NCBI GenBank assembly: GCA_963716475.1
Contig: OY970314.1
Span: 854,508 to 918,507 of the forward strand
Length of the DNA: 64,000 bases
Reading direction: 5' to 3'
Source: Candidatus Woesebacteria bacterium
GTDB taxonomy: Bacteria; Patescibacteriota; Microgenomatia; UBA8517
A program made the position numbers and the translations under genes. The notes under the pieces are model-generated. The model saw only the letters and a list, made by a program, of their open reading frames with translations, ran no database searches and was not told where the DNA came from. Below, piece after piece: positions 27,755 to 35,834 of this stretch (its first letter is position 1; every line of letters begins with the position of its first letter).

Positions 27755-28153
27755 ATGGATACAAATAAAAGGTTTAAAACTGTTCGTTTGCTGGTCGCCT
27801 TATTCGTCGGCGTGACCGTTGCGGTTGCAGTGATTCAAAACAGCTATTTATTGGCTGTGGCGGGAGTTGTATCTGGAATGCTGTTCATGATAGTAATGCG
27901 TTCTAAGGCAAAAATTACGGTTGACGAGCGGGAAAAGACCGTTCGGGAGAAAGCCGCCCAGCTGACCTATGCTATTTTTGCACCAACGATGGGACTAAAC
28001 GCATTTATACTGACCATATTTGGTAGAAATAACCCCACAATGGAGGCCACCGGACAAACATTGTCTTACCTCACTTTGTTTTTAATCATTTTGTACGCTA
28101 TCTCCTACCGAATAGTTAACAAAAAACTTGGGGGCGGCGATTATGAAAAATAA
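27755..28153 (+). CDS. Small membrane protein (DUF2178-like), partner of the downstream XRE regulator
   Basis: 132 aa with 4 predicted TM helices. The overlapping downstream HTH gene gives the typical membrane-protein + XRE pairing. Confidence 0.45.
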   Translation: MDTNKRFKTVRLLVALFVGVTVAVAVIQNSYLLAVAGVVSGMLFMIVMRSKAKITVDEREKTVREKAAQLTYAIFAPTMGLNAFILTIFGRNNPTMEATGQTLSYLTLFLIILYAISYRIVNKKLGGGDYEK

Positions 28154-28358
28154 GCAGAGCTTGTTGCTTCGCAATAAACTTAAGGTTTATAGAGCAATGC
28201 GTGACCTAACCCAGGAGCAACTTGCTGATAAGTTGGGTGTCACCCGGCAGACGATTATTGCAATTGAGAGTGACAAATATTTACCGTCATTATCTTTAGC
28301 TTTCAGACTTTCCCAACTTTTCAACTGTAAAATAGAGGACCTCTTTGTAATTTCTTAA
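28128..28358 (+). CDS. XRE-family helix-turn-helix transcriptional regulator
   Basis: LTQEQLADKLGVTRQTIIAIESDKYLPSLSLAFRLSQLF, a Cro/C1-type HTH. Confidence 0.8.
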   Translation: MGAAIMKNKQSLLLRNKLKVYRAMRDLTQEQLADKLGVTRQTIIAIESDKYLPSLSLAFRLSQLFNCKIEDLFVIS

Positions 28359-28459
28359 TTTCCTCCCACTTACTCCTGACTGCTTTCATCTGAACAGTAT
28401 CCTGCAAGGCTAAGAATATTTTATCCAAGGCTGCTATAATTGTTTCAGAACCGGGGAGC
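28350..28459 (+). repeat. Intergenic ~110-bp repeat, copy 2 (promoter-bearing)
   Basis: TTTCTTAATTTCCTCCCACTTACTCC...TTGAACAGTATCCTGCAAGGCTAAGAATATTTTATCCAAGGCTGCTATAATTGTTTCAGAACCGGGGAGCC. Confidence 0.7.
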
Positions 28460-28501
28460 CAGTTGGCATTTAATGTACAAAATAAAAGGGGGTGAGTTGC
28501 G

Positions 28502-28699
28502 ATGTCGGTAAATATCATTGAAATATCTGATTTAATAACACAAGAAGGGAAACAAGCAAAAAAATACGAAGAACTTATTGAAAAAGCTCAGAATGAGGGT
28601 TTTATTGCACAACTTAAAGAGTTAAGAGAATTATCCGTAAAGAAATTAAATCTATTAACAAAAATTATTAAAGAAGGACCTTGGGGAAATTGGGAATAG
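28502..28699 (+). CDS. Small hypothetical protein (65 aa), charged/helical
   Basis: ORF sits immediately downstream of repeat copy 2 (promoter). No homology recognised. Confidence 0.35.
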   Translation: MSVNIIEISDLITQEGKQAKKYEELIEKAQNEGFIAQLKELRELSVKKLNLLTKIIKEGPWGNWE

Positions 28700-28703
28700 A
28701 TAT

Positions 28704-28812
28704 TTTTTAATTTCCTCCCACTTACTCCTTACAGACTCTATTTGAACGGTATTTTGTAAAGCTAAAAATATTTTATCCAAGGCTGCTATAATTGTTTCAG
28801 AACCGGGGAGCC
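28704..28812 (+). repeat. Intergenic ~110-bp repeat, copy 3 (promoter-bearing)
   Basis: TTTTTTAATTTCCTCCCACTTACTCC...TTGAACGGTATTTTGTAAAGCTAAAAATATTTTATCCAAGGCTGCTATAATTGTTTCAGAACCGGGGAGCC. The ATG of the next gene is ~17 nt downstream. Confidence 0.7.
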
Positions 28813-28828
28813 GTATATATCAATAAAT

Positions 28829-29668
28829 ATGAATGAAGCCTTGACAGCCTGGTACAGGAAGATTTTTGCCAGACCCTCTTTGTATAAATTGAATTTACAT
28901 TTGTATAAATTAGCACTTCGGGGTTTAGGCGTACTTAATTCAGAAGGACCTAAAGCTACCGGAGAGGCGTGGTTATGCAGAAAGTTGAATCAGAAGATGC
29001 GGGTAAGGACTGTGATAGATGTGGGAGCCAATTTGGACATATTCGGAATTAGTGAGTTTTCCGGAGCTGATATCTACGCGTGCGAGCCGCATCCGGAGAC
29101 TTTTTCAAAGATGCGTCAGAAATTTGCCAAAAAGACAAAACAAGGGCACCTTCATTTAATAAATATGGCATTAAGTGATCATTCTGGAACGGCAAATCTT
29201 TGGGATTTTGCGGACGATGCCGCTTTAAAACACACCCAACCAACCTCAACTCTTTCTTCTTTACAAAAGGCGGTAATTGAAGACATCCATAAACAAAAAG
29301 CTCAGAGCTACAAAGTAAAAGTTACAACTCTGGATGCATTGGCTTCCAGTTTAAACATTCAACGTGTTGATATTCTGAAAATTGACACAGAGGGGAATGA
29401 ATTAAAGGTTTTAGAAGGAGGGAGAAACATGCTGGGACAGAAAAAAGTTGAAGTAATATTGTTTGAATTTAATGAGATGAATGTGATTTCCAGAACATTT
29501 TTTTATGACTTTATGAAACTACTTCCGGATTATCGATTTTTCCGGTTATTGCCCTCAGGGTTGATCCCCATTACCGAATATCGGCCGATAACTCACGAAA
29601 TATTCGGTTTTCAGAATATCTTATGCGTGAGGAAAGAATTAAGCGAAAAATTTAACTTGGAGAAATGA
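28829..29668 (+). CDS. FkbM-family methyltransferase
   Basis: VIDVGANLDIFG...ACEPHPETF...ILKIDTEGNELKVLEGG, the FkbM signature. Confidence 0.7.
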   Translation: MNEALTAWYRKIFARPSLYKLNLHLYKLALRGLGVLNSEGPKATGEAWLCRKLNQKMRVRTVIDVGANLDIFGISEFSGADIYACEPHPETFSKMRQKFAKKTKQGHLHLINMALSDHSGTANLWDFADDAALKHTQPTSTLSSLQKAVIEDIHKQKAQSYKVKVTTLDALASSLNIQRVDILKIDTEGNELKVLEGGRNMLGQKKVEVILFEFNEMNVISRTFFYDFMKLLPDYRFFRLLPSGLIPITEYRPITHEIFGFQNILCVRKELSEKFNLEK

Positions 29669-31137
29669 AGGTTATGCAATTGTGGAGCCGTAAAATTCTG
29701 AAAGGAATATTGATGCTGGTTATGTTAACCGGGGTTGTATTTCTGATTGTTGGGGGGGGATGCGGGTGGTCCGGGATGAAAATGGTGAGAGGCATATTAG
29801 ATGGTAGACCGGACGAGTTTGGGAGATACTACCCGGTGGTCAGGCGGTGTACAAATGGACCACCGTTTGTGAATAAACTGGATAAAATTTTGAACGGGAC
29901 ATACCTTGTTTTGTTGCAAAATAATACTGAGTTAAGGGCAACGGGGGGATTTCCGGGTAGTTACGCCAGAGTTACATTTGAAAACGGAGTATTAAAAAGC
30001 ATGTCCGTCCAGGATCTGTACCAACCGGACGGTCAGCTGCTGGGGCACGTAGAACCACCATATCCGATACAAGAGGCATTTTTACAAGGCTGGTTTAAAT
30101 TAAGGGATGCTAATTGGGATCCGGATTATGCGAAGGCCGCGGCAACAATGGACTGGTTTTTTGAACGGGGGGGAGAAACAAAGGTGGATGGAATAGTGGC
30201 GGTAAACCTGGGGCTTTTAACAAAGTGGCTGGAAATAATGGGGCCGGTTAGGGTAATGCCCTTTGATGAAACAGTGAATGCGAAGAACCTATATTCACTG
30301 GCCCAAGCCTACGCCGAAACCAGGATATTTGATAATGTGACCCTAAAAACAGAATTTATCGGGGCGGCCGGAGAGGCTCTTTGGGAGAGAACTAAAGATG
30401 CTAATTGGATAAAGTTATTGAAACTGGGGTCATTAATTTTGGATCAATTAAATAAAAAACAAATATTAGTATGGACAAAAGATCAGGAGATACAGAAAGA
30501 CGTAGTCAATATTCGCTGGGATGGGGGACTAACTTCAGGATGGGACGGAGGCGGAGACTATTTGTATGTGGTAGACAGTAATTTGGGAGCAAATAAAGCT
30601 GACTGTTGTATTGCAAGACAAGTAAAGTTGGATATAGAAAAAAACGGCAATGAAAGCCACGAAATAATTTTCCTGAAATGGCAAAATGAGAACGAATCCC
30701 GGGTAGCCGGGCCGGTATCTTGGGGGGGAGTTTACAATGACTATGTGAGGGTGGTCCTACCTAAATCCGCGGTTAGCGATCTGAAAGTAAAAGTTGGGGA
30801 CAAAGTTCTACGAGAAGCGACTGCCGAAGATTTCAGTATGCCCAATTCACTTAGACAGGGTAAATCACTAGATATGTATGTAGTGGAGGATAGAACTAAC
30901 CAGACTGAGGCTGAGTCATTACAAATTGTAGGTTTTTGGCTACCGACAATAGGTATAGGTAATACAGAAACCGCGGAGGTAGAACTGGTGAGTAAAAGAA
31001 ATCCCTCGGGGAATTATAAAGTGTGGGTAAAAAGGCAGCCGGGAGAGGATAACCTGGACTTTCAAGCTGTGGGGAATGGGAAAATACTAGTAAATGAAAA
31101 AATACCTGCGGATAAAAGCTATCAATGGGGGTTGTGA
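29665..31137 (+). CDS. Membrane-anchored DUF4012-like surface protein
   Basis: N-terminal TM, then LLQNNTELRATGGFPGSYARV, matching the NNAELRATGGFxGSY core of DUF4012. 490 aa. Confidence 0.5.
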   Translation: MKVMQLWSRKILKGILMLVMLTGVVFLIVGGGCGWSGMKMVRGILDGRPDEFGRYYPVVRRCTNGPPFVNKLDKILNGTYLVLLQNNTELRATGGFPGSYARVTFENGVLKSMSVQDLYQPDGQLLGHVEPPYPIQEAFLQGWFKLRDANWDPDYAKAAATMDWFFERGGETKVDGIVAVNLGLLTKWLEIMGPVRVMPFDETVNAKNLYSLAQAYAETRIFDNVTLKTEFIGAAGEALWERTKDANWIKLLKLGSLILDQLNKKQILVWTKDQEIQKDVVNIRWDGGLTSGWDGGGDYLYVVDSNLGANKADCCIARQVKLDIEKNGNESHEIIFLKWQNENESRVAGPVSWGGVYNDYVRVVLPKSAVSDLKVKVGDKVLREATAEDFSMPNSLRQGKSLDMYVVEDRTNQTEAESLQIVGFWLPTIGIGNTETAEVELVSKRNPSGNYKVWVKRQPGEDNLDFQAVGNGKILVNEKIPADKSYQWGL

Positions 31138-31315
31138 TTTTTCTGTCAGCTTCGTGACCACCGTGGTTACTCTTGCCTGTTTTTATTGCAAGCCAATACG
31201 ACAAGTTTGGTTATCTGAATTAAAGTTTTGATATAGATGTGGACTTGGTTTGTGGCTAAGAAGTTCCTCATACAGTCCACTAGAGTGAGTAAGAAGATGA
31301 TAGTATTATAGAAAT

Positions 31316-31555
31316 ATGGATAAAGAAGAAAAACCGGTTGAGTGCAGTAAAGAAAAGATGGCTTGGAGATATCATCACCACCGTCACCACGATCACGGGA
31401 GTTCCGGAGCAATTTACGGATTAGGAGTAATTGGTGCGTTATTTTACTTTCTGCAAAATGCTACGACTTTCGTGGCGGTAGTAATAGGAATCGGAAAGGC
31501 AATTTTTTGGCCGGCCATTTTGATGTTTAAATTACTGACTTACTTACAGTTGTAA
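31316..31555 (+). CDS. Small His-rich membrane protein (possible metal-binding)
   Basis: 79 aa. WRYHHHRHHDHGSS followed by two TM helices. Confidence 0.4.
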   Translation: MDKEEKPVECSKEKMAWRYHHHRHHDHGSSGAIYGLGVIGALFYFLQNATTFVAVVIGIGKAIFWPAILMFKLLTYLQL

Positions 31556-31572
31556 TAAGTAAATAATCTTTA

Positions 31573-32019
31573 TTATTTAGCTCTTCTGACTTGTGTGGCG
31601 TGAGTGAGGAGGTGCCCGGCAATTAGATGCAGAAATTCCGGGGTAGAGTATACACGTCCGCCCTGTTTGTAGGTCATTTTGGGAACTCCCTTTTTCACAA
31701 TACTTTCATAAAGAGTGTTTTGAGCTTTTCTAAGTCTCTCTATTAATTTTGCAGCAGATATGTTTCTCAGCATAGACACACCCTCAATATTTAGTGCATA
31801 ACCGGGACCCTCAAGGAGGGGCGGGTCGAGGTTGGCTGCGAGCGCTTTATAGTTAGCTGCATAACTTTCGTGCCAGAAAACTATATGGCAGAGTACATCT
31901 TTAACTGTCCACTCATCTGTTGCCATTAAACTCATCTTCTTCTTTTTAACCTCTCCAATAAACACATCTAGGCTATTCGAAAGTTCCGTAAATTTATTCC
32001 TATAATTAATAACAGTCAC
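31573..32019 (-). CDS. DinB/ClbS-like four-helix-bundle protein (DUF1706-like)
   Basis: WTVKDVLCHIVFWHE motif typical of the ClbS/DfsB-DinB_2 group. Confidence 0.4.
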   Translation of the reverse strand: MTVINYRNKFTELSNSLDVFIGEVKKKKMSLMATDEWTVKDVLCHIVFWHESYAANYKALAANLDPPLLEGPGYALNIEGVSMLRNISAAKLIERLRKAQNTLYESIVKKGVPKMTYKQGGRVYSTPEFLHLIAGHLLTHATQVRRAK

Positions 32020-32081
32020 AACTTATTATAATCCATGTAAATTTCAGTTATTATTAAGCGGGTTTATGGTAGTATGGCCTC

Positions 32082-32387
32082 ATGGAGGACGATTTAAAAG
32101 TATTATCGGCGGAAGAAGTTGAACGGAAACTTAAAGAATTTCCGGGTTGGAGCTATCATGATGACAAAATCACCAAGGAGTTTAAATTTGAAAGTTTTAC
32201 GAAAGCGGTGGAATTTGTGAATAAACTGGCCCCATTCTGCAATAAAATTGACCACCACCCCGATATTCACATTTATTACAAAAGGATAGTTTTTGATCTT
32301 CAGCGTTTTAGTGTCGGCGGCAAAGTTACGCCAAGGGATTTCACTGTCGCCTCAGAAATTGAGCGCCTCTTCAGGATTTATACTTAA
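32082..32387 (+). CDS. Pterin-4a-carbinolamine dehydratase (PCD/DCoH)
   Basis: 101 aa. EFKFESFTKAVEFVNKLAPFCNKIDHHPDIHIYYKRIVFDLQ with the [EDKH]-x3-H-[HN]-P-x5-Y signature. Confidence 0.75.
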   Translation: MEDDLKVLSAEEVERKLKEFPGWSYHDDKITKEFKFESFTKAVEFVNKLAPFCNKIDHHPDIHIYYKRIVFDLQRFSVGGKVTPRDFTVASEIERLFRIYT

Positions 32388-32445
32388 TCAGCAATTTTTC
32401 AGCTAATTCATATAATCTCTACCGATCGGAGGTGAGACTATTATT

Positions 32446-32991
32446 ATGAAAAATAGTGATTCAAAACGAAAAGCGGTTGTGCTTACAGCTGATCAGTTCG
32501 AAGATATGGAGGTCATGTATCCTCTCTTCCGTCTGCAGGAGGCAGGCTGGCAGGTTGACGTCGCCGCTCCCAAAAAAGTTGCCATTCACGGAGAATTTGG
32601 CTACGGGGAGCTTATGCCGGATATTTTGATTGATGAGGTAAATCCGGATAGCTACGACCTGCTCGTTATACCGGGAGGTTCACCGGGGGGAGCACCCTCA
32701 ACTGTGCGAAAAAACAAAAAAGCACGCGAGATCACCCAGTCTTTTTTTGCTAAAAATAAGCCGGTTGCTTCTGTGTGTCACGGCCCGTGGACGCTTGCTG
32801 ATTCCGGGGTTATAAAAGGCAGACACCTTACCTGCTATTGGCATGACGGGGTTCCTGAAAGTGTTAAAGAAGCCGGTGGTATTTGGGAGGATAAAGAGGT
32901 GGTAGTTGATGGCAATTTGGTTACTTCCCGCTGGCCACCCGATTTACCTGCCTTTATGCGTGAGGTAATGAAGATGGTTCAGCCTGCGTAA
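32446..32991 (+). CDS. DJ-1/PfpI family protein
   Basis: VLTADQFEDMEV...LLVIPGG...ASVCHGPWTLADSGVIKGRHLTCY with the nucleophile-elbow Cys. Confidence 0.8.
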   Translation: MKNSDSKRKAVVLTADQFEDMEVMYPLFRLQEAGWQVDVAAPKKVAIHGEFGYGELMPDILIDEVNPDSYDLLVIPGGSPGGAPSTVRKNKKAREITQSFFAKNKPVASVCHGPWTLADSGVIKGRHLTCYWHDGVPESVKEAGGIWEDKEVVVDGNLVTSRWPPDLPAFMREVMKMVQPA

Positions 32992-33037
32992 ATCAGACTA
33001 TAAGTTATAATTGTGATATAATTATGGCTTCATAAAT

Positions 33038-33325
33038 ATGCAGGAAATAGAATTTCCCTTGTGCAGGCCTTCTACAGGCTATTGGTGTGTTCAGTGTTGC
33101 GTGAATGACAGGTGCCCTGTTTTGGGCAGGCTTCCGGATGAGACGCGGGGCTGTCTTGGTCACCAGACCATAGCTAACCCTGAAATTCACCAATTAGCAT
33201 CCTGCAAAGAACATGTCTGTTATCGCGATTTTTTTAATAACCCCGACAACATAGACAAGGTCCGCGAAGCAATATTGGCATGCCCTCCGGGTGAATTCAA
33301 AATATCTGATTTTATCCAAAAATAA
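33038..33325 (+). CDS. Cys-rich hypothetical protein
   Basis: 95 aa with 10 Cys (CRPSTGYWCVQCCVNDRCPV...). Coding status is uncertain. Confidence 0.25.
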   Translation: MQEIEFPLCRPSTGYWCVQCCVNDRCPVLGRLPDETRGCLGHQTIANPEIHQLASCKEHVCYRDFFNNPDNIDKVREAILACPPGEFKISDFIQK

Positions 33326-33328
33326 CTA

Positions 33329-33838
33329 TTATTTTTTCTTGGTTGAAGCTGCTTTCTTGACTGCCTTTTTAATTTTCGGAAGATCTACTTTATCGGCAAT
33401 CCGTTCGACAGGCTCAGGACTCTTAGTCTTCTCTTCTTTGATAACTGGGGTTTGGATAACAGGAGCAATGACTTTTGGTTCCAAAATATTCAAAATTTTA
33501 TCCAGTTTAGCATTAATCGCGCTCAAATCGGGTCCACCTTGGGCCTGGGGGGCTCGGGGTCTGTCATCAAACCTTCTTGAGTCAGACCTTCCTCCGCCCA
33601 TTTTCTCAAAACAATCGCTGCAATAAACCGGTTTGCCGTTTGTGGGTCTGAAAGGTACTTCGCATTCCTTCCCGCAGTTGCTGCAAATGGTTTTAAACAT
33701 CTCGCGCCTGCCCCTGTCCTCACCGAAAGACGATCTACCTCTTCCCGAAAAACCGCCGTGTCCACCGCCCCGGCTGAAGCCACCACGGTATCCGCCTGAC
33801 CTATTATCGTCTCTACTAAAATTTCCCATAGTGTTCAT
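33329..33838 (-). CDS. RGG-rich CxxC-x17-CxxC zinc-ribbon protein with Lys-rich C-terminus (possible nucleic-acid binding)
   Basis: GGYRGGFSRGGGHGGFSGRGRSS, then FKTICSNCGKECEVPFRPTNGKPVYCSDCFEK. The start is trimmed to MNTMGNF, because the longer track ORF (to 34108) would overlap the SET gene. Confidence 0.5.
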   Translation of the reverse strand: MNTMGNFSRDDNRSGGYRGGFSRGGGHGGFSGRGRSSFGEDRGRREMFKTICSNCGKECEVPFRPTNGKPVYCSDCFEKMGGGRSDSRRFDDRPRAPQAQGGPDLSAINAKLDKILNILEPKVIAPVIQTPVIKEEKTKSPEPVERIADKVDLPKIKKAVKKAASTKKK

Positions 33839-33854
33839 GATACCACATAAACCA

Positions 33855-34238
33855 TTATTTTTCCACCTCAAACCAGTCGACCTGGGTTTGGTCATCAGGC
33901 TCGCCGTTATAATTAACAGTGATCTCCTCACCCTTTTTGATGGGTTTAACCGCCCTATAGACCATGGAGTTGGTTTTGAAATTTTGCTTCCAGTCTGCAT
34001 TGGGATAGTAGGCGTGGTTATAAATCGAGCCGTAACCCAAAACCAAAGAACCGCTTTGTGTGCTCCGCCACGGGTAAATGTAGTAACTGAAGATTGTTTT
34101 TTCGACAATTTTCCGTTCTTTAGGTGTGATATTGATTACCGGGCACGTCTCGATTATTTCGCCTTCTTTAAAATCTCTAAGTGCGAATACCCCCCGGCCT
34201 TTTTTAGGTGTATTCCTTACGATAATATTTTTACGCAT
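33855..34238 (-). CDS. SET-domain protein (putative lysine methyltransferase)
   Basis: 127 aa. GRGVFALRDFKEGEII, YNHAYYPNADW (like NHSCxPN) and a C-terminal ITVNY. Confidence 0.6.
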   Translation of the reverse strand: MRKNIIVRNTPKKGRGVFALRDFKEGEIIETCPVINITPKERKIVEKTIFSYYIYPWRSTQSGSLVLGYGSIYNHAYYPNADWKQNFKTNSMVYRAVKPIKKGEEITVNYNGEPDDQTQVDWFEVEK

Positions 34239-34259
34239 ATGAATGTATAATAGCGCTTA

Positions 34260-35222
34260 ATGAAAACTTGGCAAAGAATCAAAAGTAACCCGAAGCTAAT
34301 GGAGAAGTATCTGGTACGGGAAAAAGTAATCGATACAATCCGTTCTTTCTTCAAGAATCAGGGATTCCATGAGGTTTTTACTCCGATTTTGGTACCCGTT
34401 CCTTCCATTGAGCCGAATTTGGAGGTATTCCAAACCGAACTTAGAACGTCAAAAGGCTTGAAACGCGCAGGGTTTCTGATCATGAGTCCCGAATTTTCGA
34501 TCAAAAAGCTTCTGGCAGCGGGAGTGGGCAGCTGTTTTGAAATCACGAAATGTTTCAGGAATGAGGAAGAGGTAAGCAGGCTTCATAATCCGGAATTTAC
34601 AATGCTTGAGTGGTACAGAGTAGGGGCGGACTATCGGGATATCATGAAAGATTTTGAAAATTTGTTTTTGAAAATCATAGGTAAAGATAAATTGAAGTAT
34701 CAGGGAGAAGTCTATGACATTTCCCTTCCATGGCCTAGGATTAGTTTTGAAGAAGCGTTTGACAAATACGCAGGACGCAAAATTGAAGACGTCAAGGATG
34801 AAGATTTCTACCAAATATTTTTTAATGAAGTGGAACCCAATCTTAGAGAGAGTAAAAAACCGGTAATTATTTATGATTATCCGATTTCCCAAGCAGCTTT
34901 GGCTAGGCCAAAAGTATCTGACGGCCGATTTGCGGAAAGATTTGAGGTTTTTTTGGCAGGGATAGAACTGGGGAATTGTTTTTCAGAGCTGACGGACGCC
35001 GGGCAGCAAAAGAAACGTTTTGAAGCAGACTTGGTTGAAAGAAAGAGGCAAGGCAAGGCTGATTATCCGATCGATGAGGATTTAATTGAGGCTTTGAAAG
35101 AGGGATTACCGGAAGTTTCCGGAATTGCAGTTGGAGTGGATCGACTTATTATGCTCGCTGCTAACGTCCCCTCGATTTCCCAAACAATGTTTTTCCCTGG
35201 GGAAGAACAATTTGACCTCTAA
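34260..35222 (+). CDS. epmA: EF-P lysine-34 lysyltransferase EpmA (PoxA/GenX)
   Basis: Class II aaRS catalytic core without an anticodon domain. FHEVFTPIL, motif 2 FEITKCFRNEE, motif 3 GIAVGVDRL. 320 aa, directly upstream of efp. Confidence 0.75.
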   Translation: MKTWQRIKSNPKLMEKYLVREKVIDTIRSFFKNQGFHEVFTPILVPVPSIEPNLEVFQTELRTSKGLKRAGFLIMSPEFSIKKLLAAGVGSCFEITKCFRNEEEVSRLHNPEFTMLEWYRVGADYRDIMKDFENLFLKIIGKDKLKYQGEVYDISLPWPRISFEEAFDKYAGRKIEDVKDEDFYQIFFNEVEPNLRESKKPVIIYDYPISQAALARPKVSDGRFAERFEVFLAGIELGNCFSELTDAGQQKKRFEADLVERKRQGKADYPIDEDLIEALKEGLPEVSGIAVGVDRLIMLAANVPSISQTMFFPGEEQFDL

Positions 35223-35250
35223 TACAGTATTAGCTTAAAATACGCGAAGT

Positions 35251-35817
35251 ATGGATACAATAAATGCCGGCAATATCATAAAAGGTAGCTTCATTATCTT
35301 TAAGGGAGCCCCTGTTTACGTAACCAAGACGGAATTTATGTCACCCGGCAAGGGTTCGCCGGTAATGCGTATCAAGTTTAAAAATGTTCAGACAGGGTCT
35401 GCGGGGGAGTTTACTTATAAAACCAGCGAAAGCGTTGAGGTTGCCGAAATTGAGAAGAAAGAAATGGAATATCTATATAGGGACGGCGACGACCTGGTTT
35501 TTATGGATCCCAAGTCGTACGACCAGGCTTCGATTCCGCTGGCCTTGGTTGAGGACCAATTCGGATACTTTTTGCCAAATCTTAAATGTTGGATTGTGTG
35601 GTATAAGGGTAAGGCTATTGGTGCCACGCTCCCGCCTCATATAACTTTGGAAGTGACCGAATCTCCGGACGAGGTGGCAGGTAATAGAATTAATGCTCCT
35701 AAAAAGACGGTAAAGCTTGAAACCGGAATTGAGGCCCAAGTCCCACTTTTTATAAAAGTCGGAGAGAAAATTCAGCTTGATACCACTACAGGGGAGTATT
35801 TGGGTAGAGTAAAGTAA
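35251..35817 (+). CDS. efp: Elongation factor P
   Basis: 188 aa. FIIFKGAPVYVTKTEFMSPGKGSPVMRIKFKNVQTGS with the conserved modified Lys (SPGKGS). Confidence 0.85.
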   Translation: MDTINAGNIIKGSFIIFKGAPVYVTKTEFMSPGKGSPVMRIKFKNVQTGSAGEFTYKTSESVEVAEIEKKEMEYLYRDGDDLVFMDPKSYDQASIPLALVEDQFGYFLPNLKCWIVWYKGKAIGATLPPHITLEVTESPDEVAGNRINAPKKTVKLETGIEAQVPLFIKVGEKIQLDTTTGEYLGRVK

Positions 35818-35834
35818 TGGGTTAGAATAAAATA

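Noticed and set aside
28321-28518. 65-aa minus-strand ORF and similar short frames with a conserved peptide RSKWEEIKKLQ inside each copy of the 110-bp repeat
   Set aside because: The peptide conservation is fully explained by nucleotide conservation of the repeat. Copy 3 lacks the ATG. No independent support for coding.
33291-34250. Plus-strand ORFs 33291-33626 (111 aa) and 33633-34250 (205 aa)
   Set aside because: They are antisense to the well-supported RGG/zinc-ribbon and SET-domain genes. They are Pro/Leu-rich with no motifs. Likely non-coding.
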